A stretch of DNA of 64,000 nt, taken from positions 1,130,571-1,194,570 of the forward strand of contig CP084167.1 in assembly GCA_021513715.1 (NCBI GenBank), given 5' to 3'. Shown here in pieces: positions 37,703 to 47,987 of the stretch (its first letter is position 1; the number at the start of each line of letters is the position of its first letter). The DNA is from Candidatus Heimdallarchaeum endolithica. GTDB lineage: Archaea; Asgardarchaeota; Heimdallarchaeia; Heimdallarchaeales; Heimdallarchaeaceae. The position numbers and the translations under genes were made by a program. Under the pieces are notes generated by a model that ran no database searches, had not been told where the DNA came from, and was given only the letters and a program-made list of their open reading frames with translations.

Positions 37703-38707
37703 GTGTTACTCGTGCACATGCCAGATGGAATCTTACCATTAGGACAAGCGATTGTCTATTTAGTAATAGCTGTTATCATGATACTAGTTGCCATATGGCA
37801 AAGTAGATCAAGATTAACTATGAAACAAATTCCTCTTATAGGAGTTTTAGCTGCAGGATTATTTGCTGCTCAGATGTTTAACTTTCCTGTTCCCTTCGGT
37901 TCAAGTGGGCACTTAATAGGAACAGCTTTAGCTACAACTTTAGTAGGCCCCTGGGTTGCTATGCTCATCATTTCTTCAATACTCATTGTTCAAGCGATGT
38001 TTGGTGATGGAGGTTTCTTAGCTTACGGAGCTAATGTTATTAACATGGCCATAATTGGAGCTCTTACTACTTATGCAATTTACTATTTCCTTCCAAAAAA
38101 ATGGAAAGAAGATAGGAAAAAACTAGCAATTGCTTCAGGTTTCGCTGCATTCTTTTCTACAATATTTATGGCCTTTTTTGCATCAATTGAACTTACTCTT
38201 GCTCAAAGTGCTGCAGCAGGTCTTATATTCTCTTGGATGTTAATCTTACATTCGATAATCGGTGTAGCAGAGGGTTTAATTACTTTTGCAATAGTATTCT
38301 TTGTATTTAGAGCAGAGCCAAGTTTATTTGAAGATGCAAAGAGTGCTTTATTCTTCACTAAAAAAGCTGACTTTGAAACTGAACCCAAATTTAGGATACC
38401 TATTTGGGCTGGAATTGCCACTTTTGCTTCTTTTGCTGTCATGTCTATTTTTGGAATAGTAGCTAGTAGTAATCCTGATGGACTTGAAAAAACTTTTGAA
38501 GTTCTTGCAGATAACGGAATAGATGTTACTGTTCTTGAATCAGGAATATTCGGTTTTCCTGAAGGATTAGGATGGGATATTCTTTCCATGGCAATTGTAA
38601 TGATTATACTCTTCTTCGTACTAATTGGTTTCAGTTATTTACTCTACAGATTTCGACTCTATAAGTTCAAGAAGGGAAAACAAACAGTTCAAGAGAACAG
38701 TGAATAA
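37703..38707 (+). CDS. cbiM: ECF cobalt/nickel transporter substrate-capture component CbiM. At 334 aa it may be fused to CbiN.
   Basis: The N-terminus MHMPDGILP is the CbiM/NikM hallmark. Multiple TM segments. Confidence 0.7.
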   Translation: MLLVHMPDGILPLGQAIVYLVIAVIMILVAIWQSRSRLTMKQIPLIGVLAAGLFAAQMFNFPVPFGSSGHLIGTALATTLVGPWVAMLIISSILIVQAMFGDGGFLAYGANVINMAIIGALTTYAIYYFLPKKWKEDRKKLAIASGFAAFFSTIFMAFFASIELTLAQSAAAGLIFSWMLILHSIIGVAEGLITFAIVFFVFRAEPSLFEDAKSALFFTKKADFETEPKFRIPIWAGIATFASFAVMSIFGIVASSNPDGLEKTFEVLADNGIDVTVLESGIFGFPEGLGWDILSMAIVMIILFFVLIGFSYLLYRFRLYKFKKGKQTVQENSE

Positions 38708-38773
38708 TCTTAAAAAAAGTAAGAGTTAATAACTCTTTATTTTTTTCCTTTATAAGTAAAAAGAGAATAAGCA

Positions 38774-39556
38774 ATGAACAATACCAGATTTTTATTTCCA
38801 TTTAGTGACAAGAAAAAACAGAGAATTTTCTCTTCTGTTGCACTGCTTATTTTTACCATTTTAGTTATTGTTCTGTTCTTATTAAGTAATAATTTATTTA
38901 ACATCCTTATTATTTACTTGAGCACCTTAATTTTCTTTTTATCTATCAAAGCTTCATTTTTAAGAACTATAAAGCTCATAGTTCCTGCTTCAGTTCTAAT
39001 TTTCTTTTTGGGTATTCCTGCATTATTCTTAAAACTCGGAGAAATTATTTATTCTAATTCTTTTATAGGCATTAACTTTGAGATTTTTTCTGGTGGGTTA
39101 AACAGGGCTTTATTTATTTGGGTCAGAGGTATTTTCTCTGTCTCTGTAATTACCCTTTATACAACTTGTGTAACTATGCAAGAATTTATTCAAAGTCTCC
39201 GTAGTCTTTTTTTTCCAAATGTTATTGTTACTATCATTTTACTTATGTTACGTTATACTCCTCTTTTAGTTGAAGAAGGAGAAAACATTCGTATTGCTCA
39301 AAAAATGAGAGGATTAGATTCTGCATCTAGAAAAAGGAAATTTCAAGCTGCAGCTGCTTTGATGGGGGGAATTCTTATAAAATCCATTAAACATGGTACA
39401 GAGGTCTATGAAGCAATGGTTCTTCGAGGTTTAGAAGACAATTTGCTTATAAAGAGAGAAAAAATAACGATTTCAGATTTTCTTTTTCTTATTTTCATTA
39501 CTCCTTTGTTTTGCCTAGTATCAGGAGGTATTATACAAATATGCATCATGAAATAG
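38774..39556 (+). CDS. cbiQ: ECF transporter transmembrane component (CbiQ/EcfT).
   Basis: Five or six TM segments. Sits between cbiM and the ATPase. Overlaps cbiO by 46 nt. Confidence 0.6.
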   Translation: MNNTRFLFPFSDKKKQRIFSSVALLIFTILVIVLFLLSNNLFNILIIYLSTLIFFLSIKASFLRTIKLIVPASVLIFFLGIPALFLKLGEIIYSNSFIGINFEIFSGGLNRALFIWVRGIFSVSVITLYTTCVTMQEFIQSLRSLFFPNVIVTIILLMLRYTPLLVEEGENIRIAQKMRGLDSASRKRKFQAAAALMGGILIKSIKHGTEVYEAMVLRGLEDNLLIKREKITISDFLFLIFITPLFCLVSGGIIQICIMK

Positions 39557-40260
39557 TATTTGACAATGTTTTTTTTGAATATCCGGACAAATCTTTTGCG
39601 TTAAAGAATCTTTCTTTTACAATTAATATTGGTGAAAAATTCGCTATTTGTGGGAACAATGGCGCTGGTAAAACCACCCTATTAAGATTACTTCTTGGAC
39701 TTGAATTTCATCAGAAGGGAAAAATAAAAGTCCAAGAACTTGAGTTGAATAGAGATACAGTTAGAGAAATTAGAAAGAGAATAGGATTTGTATTTCAAAA
39801 TCCTGATTCACAAGTTTTTTCTGCAAGTGTATATGAAGATGTAGCTTTTGGTCCTAGAAACTTGGGTTTTTCTGAAGAAGAAGTAGAAGAGAAAGTAGAA
39901 AGAGCTTTAGAAATTGTTGATTTATCTGAATACAAAGAACATTCTCCTTTTAGGCTCTCTTTTGGGCAAAGGAAAAGGGTAGCTATTGCAGGCGTTTTAG
40001 TAATGGATCCTGCAATAATAATTTTAGATGAACCTTTTGCCAATATTGATTATCCAACTAGAAGGTCTTTGCAAAGGATTTTAGAAAAAGATGTAATTGA
40101 AAAAGGAAAAACATTAATTTTCACTAGTCATTCTAGATTATTAATTGAAAATTGGTCTGATAATGTTTTATTTCTAAATAAGGGTGTGAAGTTATTCGTT
40201 GGTTCATCCTCTAAATTATCAGATTTTCCAGAAACAGAAAAATTTCTAGGTAAATTCTAA
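39511..40260 (+). CDS. cbiO: ECF transporter ATP-binding protein (CbiO/EcfA).
   Basis: Walker A GNNGAGKTTLLR. Signature LSFGQRKRVAIA. Walker B IIILDEPFANID. Confidence 0.8.
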   Translation: MPSIRRYYTNMHHEIVFDNVFFEYPDKSFALKNLSFTINIGEKFAICGNNGAGKTTLLRLLLGLEFHQKGKIKVQELELNRDTVREIRKRIGFVFQNPDSQVFSASVYEDVAFGPRNLGFSEEEVEEKVERALEIVDLSEYKEHSPFRLSFGQRKRVAIAGVLVMDPAIIILDEPFANIDYPTRRSLQRILEKDVIEKGKTLIFTSHSRLLIENWSDNVLFLNKGVKLFVGSSSKLSDFPETEKFLGKF

Positions 40261-40643
40261 AAGATAAAACAAAATAGAAAAGAAAAAGAAATGGAAATTT
40301 TTCTTAATCGTCATAAACTATCAAATCTGCTATTTCTGGATATTTTTTTGGAGTTGTTTCTAGGTTTCTATAGATCCAAAGAGCATAAGTCCTATACATT
40401 AGATGAGCAAGTTTTGAAAATGGAGCGAAAATAATCATTTCTACAACAAAAATTACATATGATTTGACTTTACTAAGATCTACTTCAGTTATTATTATCA
40501 CTTCGTTTTCTTGTTTACTCAAAAAAAAGATTAGACACAAGAGTTTTTTTGCTTTTTATCATTTATTAAATAAAACAATTAATTATTTTATAAAATAAAT
40601 CAGTAATAAAATGTGAAGAATAGTTTTTTAATAGAGTACAGTA

Positions 40644-41066
40644 TCATTTTTTATATTTCTTCTTAACTTCTTGGAATTTTTCTTCACATTTTTCTTTTGT
40701 CAAATTATCCATTGCATTAGTCATATTTTCAATGATTGAATTCAGAGTGTTTTTTACAAAATTTCTTAATTCTTCCATTGGGAGACTACTATAAAGGAAT
40801 TGATATCCTCCTTTTTCTAGATTTTCTTTTTCTTTTCGTACAACACCAATACCCATCAGTCTAGAAATTGATCTGGATATGGTGGCTCTATCCTTGGGTA
40901 GTATCTCAGTAATTCTAGCAATACTCACAAGCTGTAAGTGATTAATACAAGCTAAAACATCTATTTCATTATCTGTTAGAGCAAAAAGATTCTTTATTAC
41001 ATCAAAGCAAGTTATATCTTTTGATAACAACGAATTAAGTGAGAGAGACATTATTTTCCACTTCAT
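40644..41066 (-). CDS. Winged-helix transcriptional regulator of the MarR/TrmB type, at the end of the sulfur-relay operon.
   Basis: IDVLACINHLQLVSIARITEILPKDRATISRSISRLMGIGVV. Confidence 0.5.
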   Translation of the reverse strand: MKWKIMSLSLNSLLSKDITCFDVIKNLFALTDNEIDVLACINHLQLVSIARITEILPKDRATISRSISRLMGIGVVRKEKENLEKGGYQFLYSSLPMEELRNFVKNTLNSIIENMTNAMDNLTKEKCEEKFQEVKKKYKK

Positions 41067-41452
41067 TAGAATGATATTGTTGAGCTAGCTTCAAGCGACT
41101 CTTTTACTAAAGTCATAGCCCCTACAATTCCATCTATTTCTTCTATAAAATCATTTTTATTAAGTTTATTCCATTCTAGAACAGGAGTGCAAACATATAT
41201 TTGTACACCTGCTTCTTTAGCCTCTCTAATTGTTTCTATCAGTGGTTGTCTTCCTTCTTGGTGAACTAGATTTTCAGCTACTCCCTTCTTTAGTAACAAT
41301 CTTGCTTTAGCAGTATAAAACATTTTAACTTCAGCGTCTAGTAGAGCAGCCATAGTTGCAATGTGAAGAGGAGGTTCCAAAGTTTCTTTACTTTCTTCTC
41401 TCTTAGTAACAATAATAATCATTTTCTTCTTTTGTTCAGACATTCTTATCAC
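41066..41452 (-). CDS. DsrE/DsrF/TusD-like sulfur-relay protein.
   Basis: 128 aa. The MIIIVTK N-terminal beta-strand and overall size fit the DsrE fold. It sits next to tusA. Confidence 0.5.
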   Translation of the reverse strand: MIRMSEQKKKMIIIVTKREESKETLEPPLHIATMAALLDAEVKMFYTAKARLLLKKGVAENLVHQEGRQPLIETIREAKEAGVQIYVCTPVLEWNKLNKNDFIEEIDGIVGAMTLVKESLEASSTISF

Positions 41453-41457
41453 TTAAG

Positions 41458-41940
41458 TTAAATATACAGAGTAATATCAGCTTCTGATGCAAATTGTAGG
41501 AATGTTGCAGCTCCTCCGACTTCTATTTCATCAATCAATTCTTCTTTTTTAACTTTCATTACATCCATTGTCATTTGGCAAGCGATCATTTTCACTCCAG
41601 CTTCTATAGACAGTTCTCTTAACTCTTCTAAAGAAACAACATTTGCTTTTTTCATCCAATTTTTCATCATTGTAGTTGCTATGTCAGTCATTCCAGGTAT
41701 TATTCCTACAATCTGTGGAATGGGTTTAGGCATTGCTGTTTCTCCTACTGGAGTAATTTTTACCTTCTTCAATCCCTTTTTCTTAAGTAAATTAAGCCCA
41801 AAGAAAGTGAAGAATATTGATACTTCATAATCCATTGCAGCAGCTGTAGAAGCTAGAATAAATGGAGGATAGGCATCAGCTAAATTAGCTTTAGAAGCAA
41901 TTATAGCTATTTTTTTCTTTTTTTCACTCATTTTTTTCAC
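41458..41940 (-). CDS. DsrE/DsrF-like family protein.
   Basis: IAIIASKANLADAYPPFILASTAAAMDYEVSIFFTFFGLNLL is typical of DsrE-family proteins. Confidence 0.55.
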   Translation of the reverse strand: MKKMSEKKKKIAIIASKANLADAYPPFILASTAAAMDYEVSIFFTFFGLNLLKKKGLKKVKITPVGETAMPKPIPQIVGIIPGMTDIATTMMKNWMKKANVVSLEELRELSIEAGVKMIACQMTMDVMKVKKEELIDEIEVGGAATFLQFASEADITLYI

Positions 41941-41943
41941 CTG

Positions 41944-42192
41944 TTATTTTGTTTTTTTGATTAAATAGCGGAAAATACCATTTTCTTCTGTAGATTCCAC
42001 TAGTTCATGTCCAGTTGATTCGATCCATGCTTGAAAATCATTTACTGAGCCTGGATCAGTAGCTATAACTTTAATATTTTCACTAATTTTAATTTCATTT
42101 ATCGCCTTTTTTGTTTTTAAAATTGGTAAAGGACAATTAAGTCCTTTTACATCTAATGTTGTTGTGACTTTATTTTCACTCATTTTTTTCAC
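41944..42192 (-). CDS. tusA: TusA-like sulfur-carrier protein. The start is probably the ATG at 42183.
   Basis: LDVKGLNCPLPILKTKKAI carries the CPxP motif. Confidence 0.75.
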   Translation of the reverse strand: MKKMSENKVTTTLDVKGLNCPLPILKTKKAINEIKISENIKVIATDPGSVNDFQAWIESTGHELVESTEENGIFRYLIKKTK

Positions 42193-43334
42193 CTAAATTA
42201 TAGCTTTAATTAAAACATTGAAATACAGGAGCCTAAATAGCCTTTTAAAGAGCATATAGATTCTTAAGGGTATTAATCCATACTTACTTGAAGGATAGTT
42301 ATATGAGAAATCTAGCATCATTGCTTTTTGATAACTTGTTACTAGGAAACAAATTGTTTTTCCATCGTACTTTGCTGAAGTTTCTTTTCCTTTAACTTGG
42401 TTAATAATATTCTTTACGATTGTAGGTGCAGAATAGTGGGAAACAGCACCAGCTTTAGAAGTAGTAGATCTGTACAGTCACCAATAGCGTATATATTAGG
42501 ATGTCCTTTCACTTGTAGAGTGAATTTATCAGTTGGAATATATCCTTCTTTATCTCCTAAACCTGATTCTTTTATCACATCCTGTCCCTCGTGTATTGGG
42601 AGCAGAACAAGTTCATCATATTCTATCTCTTCTCCTTCAAAAGAGATGAATTTATTATTCTTAATATCTACTTTTTCATAATTACAGTATGGTACAAATT
42701 CTATTCCTCGTTTTTTATACATCTCTGCTACAACAACAGCAGCTTCTTTAACAGTAAAAGGTACAGAAAGAGGATATAGAAATTTTATTGTTGTTTTATC
42801 TCTTAATTTTCTTTTTTTCAAATAGGAATCCAATATAAAAGTGAATTCCTCAGAATCTGGAGGACATTTATATGGCACAGTTGATGGAGAGATAACTATT
42901 GTTCCTCCATTAAATCTTTTTATCATCTGTCTAAACTTTTCTGTTGCTGAAGGACTATAAAAGTTATGAATATGTTGCTGTTCACTATATTTGAAATCTT
43001 TTTCTATATATTTCACTCCAGTTGCAAGAATTAAGTAATCATAATATAGCACTGTTCCATCTTCTAAGATAACCTTTTTTTTCTCAGTTTCAACCTTTTT
43101 TGCTCGCATACCAATGAGATTAACTTTTTTCTTCACAAGTTTATGCATTAGTTTGTATAACTTTGACATTTTTTTATTATTAAACGCATAAAAAACTAAA
43201 TCTGGTTCATAAAAATTATGATCTTTAGGTTCAATTAGAGTTATGTCTAGGTCATATTTTCTTGCCTTTTTTGTTAATTTATTAGCTATTGTAAGTCCAG
43301 AAAACCCTCCACCAATAACAATAATTCTATTCAT
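42193..43334 (-). pseudogene. Sulfide:quinone oxidoreductase-like FAD-dependent oxidoreductase with a frameshift near 42466-42472.
   Basis: FAD-binding N-terminus IIVIGGGFSGLTIA. After IYAIGDCTD the frame breaks. The alternative frame continues TTSKAGAVSHYSAPTIVKNIINQVKGKETSAKYDGKTICFLVTSYQKAMMLDFSYNYPSSKYGLIPL down to a stop at 42193. Confidence 0.6.
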
Positions 43335-43340
43335 TAATCT

Positions 43341-43706
43341 TTACCTCTTCTTTCTAACAAGAAAACGATTATAACCGTCTTCTTTTATTATTGCAACAAG
43401 TTCATGTTTTGCTTTCTCGATCCAAGCAGGAATATCACTTAGAGATCCTTCTTCTGAACTTAAGAGCTCAACAACTTCACCAACTTCTGCTTGTCGTATT
43501 GCTTTAATTAATTCAATCATTGGACCAGGACAATAACTCCCTCTTGCATCAATTGATATTGAGATTTCTTCCTTGCTCATTTTTTTCAGCTTGTGTATTC
43601 CACGATTATGACACAATAATGCACAACCATCATTTAAACTTTCTCTTGAACTAAAATGACAAATAGTAAAAATAAGAGAAAGACTTTTTTCTTTTATATC
43701 TTTCAA
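43341..43706 (-). CDS. tusA: TusA-like protein. The true start is probably the internal Met at about 43580.
   Basis: ISIDARGSYCPGPMIELIKAI carries the CPxP motif. The first 42 aa of the listed ORF look non-coding. Confidence 0.65.
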   Translation of the reverse strand: MKDIKEKSLSLIFTICHFSSRESLNDGCALLCHNRGIHKLKKMSKEEISISIDARGSYCPGPMIELIKAIRQAEVGEVVELLSSEEGSLSDIPAWIEKAKHELVAIIKEDGYNRFLVRKKR

Positions 43707-43741
43707 ATAATTTTTAAGCGTTGGAAATAAAAAAATAAATA

Positions 43742-45376
43742 ATGAATAGAAAGCAAATTATTTCTATAATTACAATGGTATTATTCTTAAACGCGAATTT
43801 AATTTCAGCAGTTTCTGCTAAAAATACGCCGAAATATGTTTTTTCTACAGTGGAATCAAATTATCCCTGGATTTGGGAAGAGTTTTCTGAAGCTCCAAGA
43901 GATATACCAGGAGAAGATTTTGTTTACTGGGGAGCGTCACTTGGGCCATATCATAACTACACTGAAGTTACAAACAAACTTGTTGCATTGAATAATTCAT
44001 TCCCAGAATTGGTAGAAGTTTTTTCAATTGGAAAAACTTGGGAGAACAGGTCAATCTGGGCTGTACGTTTAACTGATGAGAGTATTACTTCCTCTAAAAC
44101 AGAGTATTATATTGTTGCTGCTCATCATGCCAGAGAAGTAATTACAGTGGAAAATGCTTTATACTTTATTGATTGGATCGTATTCAATTCTGTTTATGAT
44201 ACAACTTACGATGATTTACTTCAAAGTACAGAGATTTATGTTATTCCTATGCTTAATCCAGATGGTATCTCTATCTTACATTGGTATCCTGAACAACGTA
44301 AAAATATGGCTCCAATAGATGACGATTTAGATGGAAGTTTAGATGATGAAAAGGAAAGGGCCTATTTCTGGAACACTGAAACAAATTCCTCAGATATTAA
44401 TGAAAAAGACATTGATGGGAGTGGTTCTACTGGTGAAGATAGACCAGGAGGAGTAGATCTTAACAGGAACTATGGAGCTTTTTGGGGAGATAGAGGTGCG
44501 TCTCCATTTAGGGTAGATGACACTTACCATGGTTCTCATCCTTTCAGTGAACCTGAGACTAGAGCTTTACGTGATTTTATGTATAATCATTCTTTCAACT
44601 TCGCTATAAGTTTACACAGTGGTGTAGAAGCAATAATCGCTCCTTGGGGAATTAATGGTTCATTACCTGAAAAAGAAGAAGAAGAGTTCAATGCCCTATT
44701 ACTTGAATTTAAAGACATTCTAGGCTTTCCTCTATGGAATGACACAACTTATGGTTATGTAACTTCTGGAGAATGGGGAGATTATGCATACTTATATCAT
44801 AACATTAAAAGTTTTACAATTGAAACTTTTGGTTCACATTCTTATTATTGGACAGATTATTTCAACCCTGATGCAGATAAAGTAATTGATAATTGTGAGC
44901 ACATTTTTCCATCACTACTTTTTCTTGCAGAGAACCCTCAACTTACATATACTAATAGACTACCAGAAATCGAGGTTAAAAACCCCTCAGACCCCAATCA
45001 AGTATTTGACAATTATACTATTCAGTGGACTGCTTCAGATAATGATGGAGATAAACTTAACTTTTCAATTTTTGTTTCCCAAGATGGATTATATTGGAAT
45101 CTACTAGCAACAAATGTAAATGGTTCTTCATTCTTCTGGGATTTAGACAATGTTGAAGCAGGTTCATACTACATTAAGGTCGCTGTTTCAGACGGTAAAG
45201 TATGGGTACATGATGTGACAGAAGTAAAACTAAATGTGAGAACAGATGTAAAAATGCAAAACCCTTATATTTTCTGGATAGTTGCAGGTTCTTTTGGCTT
45301 ATTAGCTGTTATCTTTTATGCTCTAACCCTTAAGAAATCTAAAGATGTAATTAATGTATGGACAAAGAAAGAATAA
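43742..45376 (+). CDS. Secreted M14-family zinc carboxypeptidase with a C-terminal TM anchor.
   Basis: Signal peptide. The HxxE zinc motif in AAHHAREVITVENALYFIDW. C-terminal hydrophobic segment. Confidence 0.6.
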   Translation: MNRKQIISIITMVLFLNANLISAVSAKNTPKYVFSTVESNYPWIWEEFSEAPRDIPGEDFVYWGASLGPYHNYTEVTNKLVALNNSFPELVEVFSIGKTWENRSIWAVRLTDESITSSKTEYYIVAAHHAREVITVENALYFIDWIVFNSVYDTTYDDLLQSTEIYVIPMLNPDGISILHWYPEQRKNMAPIDDDLDGSLDDEKERAYFWNTETNSSDINEKDIDGSGSTGEDRPGGVDLNRNYGAFWGDRGASPFRVDDTYHGSHPFSEPETRALRDFMYNHSFNFAISLHSGVEAIIAPWGINGSLPEKEEEEFNALLLEFKDILGFPLWNDTTYGYVTSGEWGDYAYLYHNIKSFTIETFGSHSYYWTDYFNPDADKVIDNCEHIFPSLLFLAENPQLTYTNRLPEIEVKNPSDPNQVFDNYTIQWTASDNDGDKLNFSIFVSQDGLYWNLLATNVNGSSFFWDLDNVEAGSYYIKVAVSDGKVWVHDVTEVKLNVRTDVKMQNPYIFWIVAGSFGLLAVIFYALTLKKSKDVINVWTKKE

Positions 45377-45503
45377 TTATTAAAAACACTACAAAACTAG
45401 TTCTTTTTTTTATCTTTTCAAAATATAAAATTGATATAGATATTTTCAAGAAATGCATAAAGTTTATTAAAACAGTATTTATTTCTCTCTTATTGGGGTT
45501 TGT

Positions 45504-46601
45504 ATGGATTACTATCAAATTGCAAAGTTAGTAGAAGGTTCATTGCTATTATTTATCTCAGTTGTAACTCTCATTATAGGACGAAAGAATAGAAGCATTT
45601 TTTATGTTAACTGGTTTTTTTTCACTTTAACATTTAGTGCTTATCAATTTGCATTATTCTTTGAATATTCTTATCAATCTGTTACTTTGTATCAAATAGT
45701 GCAAACAACGAGAGCCTTCTTTGTCACGATTTTACTTGGAGCCACATTACAACAATCCCGCATTTTTCAAAGGAAGTCTACTTTTGTCTTTATGGCCTCT
45801 GTAGCCATTTTTATGCTCTATATTATTTGGGTTCCCTTAGCAATAAAAGAAACTGTAGAAACTTTTAGAGATGTTCAAGTTGTATTATTTCACACTATTA
45901 GAACAGATATTTTTGGTCTTATTTTTGGTTTTCTTATTATTCTATCAGCTACATTTTTACTACCTATTATTGTTAGAAATATTAATATTATGAGAAGTTC
46001 AAAATTTTCAAATAAACTAATTGCAAATGTAATTTTAACTTTGATAGTTATATTTTGTATATTTGCATTAGGAGGAGTAACAATTGTTAGAAGAGCACAA
46101 ATGTTGTATGACGTTAAAGCATATAAAATCACAGAAATTTTTGTAGAGGTGATTAGTGTTTCTTTAACATCAATTTACTTAAGTCAAAGTCAAAGCCATG
46201 GTATTCAAGCAGTATTAGTTGTAGATAGAGAGGGCAACCCCATTTTAGGATATTCACCTCTAAAACGTGAAAAAATTTCTTTTGAAGAAAAAATAATTGC
46301 TGCTTCTGGTTTTCTTTCTTCATTATTTATGTTTGTTAAAAAGTATGTTGCTTCTTCAAAAAATGAAGAATTCAAGGAATTAAAAACTACCAACTCTTCT
46401 TTACTCTTCTATAGTGGAGAAAAGTTTTTTTTGATTGTTCAATCTTACCTTACAAGTACCCAACTAGATATTGTATCTGAAAGAGTTTTGAGTGAAATAG
46501 ATTTTTATCTCTCTACTCTTCCTGTAAATGAAATGCCAAATGAACAACAACGAAATGATCTTTTCTTTTTATTAGATAAAAACTTCTATCTTCTCGCTTA
46601 A
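45504..46601 (+). CDS. Seven-TM membrane protein with a C-terminal cytoplasmic Roadblock/LC7-like domain.
   Basis: Seven hydrophobic segments, then HGIQAVLVVDREGNPILGYSPLK, which fits the Roadblock pattern. Confidence 0.45.
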   Translation: MDYYQIAKLVEGSLLLFISVVTLIIGRKNRSIFYVNWFFFTLTFSAYQFALFFEYSYQSVTLYQIVQTTRAFFVTILLGATLQQSRIFQRKSTFVFMASVAIFMLYIIWVPLAIKETVETFRDVQVVLFHTIRTDIFGLIFGFLIILSATFLLPIIVRNINIMRSSKFSNKLIANVILTLIVIFCIFALGGVTIVRRAQMLYDVKAYKITEIFVEVISVSLTSIYLSQSQSHGIQAVLVVDREGNPILGYSPLKREKISFEEKIIAASGFLSSLFMFVKKYVASSKNEEFKELKTTNSSLLFYSGEKFFLIVQSYLTSTQLDIVSERVLSEIDFYLSTLPVNEMPNEQQRNDLFFLLDKNFYLLA

Positions 46602-46642
46602 AGAAAAAATATAATCTTTTGATGAAGTTTTTTCTGTTTAAA

Positions 46643-47314
46643 CTATTTTTTTGTTAAAGTAATTTCTTCTTCATACAAATAAGGATAGGCTCTGAAAATT
46701 ACATTCAGTTTTACAGCGGAGAAAAAGAAAAAGAACAAAGAAATTATTGCCAAACTTCCTGCGATGATATCCAAGATTGTAAAGTATGAAAAGTAAAATA
46801 ATATATAACGAATTAGAATAATAAGAAAAGTAAGAGCTTGCAACAAAAAACCAACACTCATGAAATAATCTGGTTTTTTGATAACTTTTTCTTCTTCATG
46901 CTTGGCAGATAAATCTTGTTTTAAGTAAAAGAATTCTGTTGCACAAAACAAATTACCAATGATCATAAATATTAAGCCTAAAATTTCTAGAACATCAGAC
47001 TTTTTAATTTCTTGAGTTGCAAAGAATAGAAGAGAAAAGAGTATTGATAAACTTCCAACAATAGAAAATATCCAACTCTTTTGTCCATATTTCCACTTTG
47101 TTTCTTTATTTAATGAAAATTCTTTTGAAGCATAACCTATACCTAAAATTCCTGTAACAATTACAAAATAAAGAAGATTTATTCCATTAAAGCCTTGATA
47201 GGGAACAGTCAACATACATTTATTCAGAAGAATTAGAAAAAGATAGAAAAAGGCAATAAGAAGCCCTCCATTTTTTATGAGATTAGAACTTTGATATTTA
47301 TTCATTTTAATCAT
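46643..47314 (-). CDS. Membrane protein.
   Basis: Six hydrophobic segments. Confidence 0.45.
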   Translation of the reverse strand: MIKMNKYQSSNLIKNGGLLIAFFYLFLILLNKCMLTVPYQGFNGINLLYFVIVTGILGIGYASKEFSLNKETKWKYGQKSWIFSIVGSLSILFSLLFFATQEIKKSDVLEILGLIFMIIGNLFCATEFFYLKQDLSAKHEEEKVIKKPDYFMSVGFLLQALTFLIILIRYILFYFSYFTILDIIAGSLAIISLFFFFFSAVKLNVIFRAYPYLYEEEITLTKK

Positions 47315-47987
47315 CTTCCAAATAGTCCTCTTGTTGATTATAATACTCTACTTTCGGTTTTCCTATTGAATAAAAGAAATAAACAAGATTCATAAAACCT
47401 AAAATTACAATAAAGTTAGAAACAAACAAGATATATGAAGCAACATCTGCTAACCAATGTGGTCTAGAAACTAAATCACTTATGAGAAATTCACTAGTCC
47501 AAAGAAAAACATATCCAACAGAAGCTATACTGTATCCATAAACTAGAAACAATCTTGGAACTACAGGAGAAACTTGTTCAGTATACAACTCTTTTTGTAA
47601 TTTATATAGTTTAAAAAAACTTAGAATAACAAAAATGTAGTATATCAATCCTGTAATTAATCTATAAACTTGGAAACCTACAAGGACCCAAACTGTTTTT
47701 TTGTTGTAAAGAAGATAGAGGATAATATTAACAAAATCAAGAATAGAAACTCCAATTAAAGAGAAACTTACTAGTTTCCAAGATGAAATTCGATTTTCCA
47801 TTATTTTTCCTATTCTATTAAAGCCTAAAGCTAAAAAGATAATAGATAAGTCAAAAGCCAATCCAATAAATGGAGCAATAGAAGCAAAATAAAAAAGTAA
47901 AGAAAAAATATACAATAAGAAACTGGCAATTCCAGACATTAACAAGTGATTTTGTATTTCTTTAGAAAAATTATTCATCAACATCAT
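47307..47987 (-). CDS. Membrane protein.
   Basis: Six hydrophobic segments. Overlaps its neighbours by 8 and 17 nt, which suggests an operon. Confidence 0.45.
   Translation of the reverse strand: MMLMNNFSKEIQNHLLMSGIASFLLYIFSLLFYFASIAPFIGLAFDLSIIFLALGFNRIGKIMENRISSWKLVSFSLIGVSILDFVNIILYLLYNKKTVWVLVGFQVYRLITGLIYYIFVILSFFKLYKLQKELYTEQVSPVVPRLFLVYGYSIASVGYVFLWTSEFLISDLVSRPHWLADVASYILFVSNFIVILGFMNLVYFFYSIGKPKVEYYNQQEDYLEDD

Noticed and set aside
38203-38589. 128-aa minus-strand ORF inside cbiM.
   Set aside because: It is antisense to a strongly supported membrane-protein gene.
43581-43706. The N-terminal 42 aa of the listed TusA ORF (MKDIKEKSLSLIFTICHFSS...).
   Set aside because: It is not TusA-like. 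The true start is more likely the internal Met just before the conserved ISIDARGSYCPGP segment.
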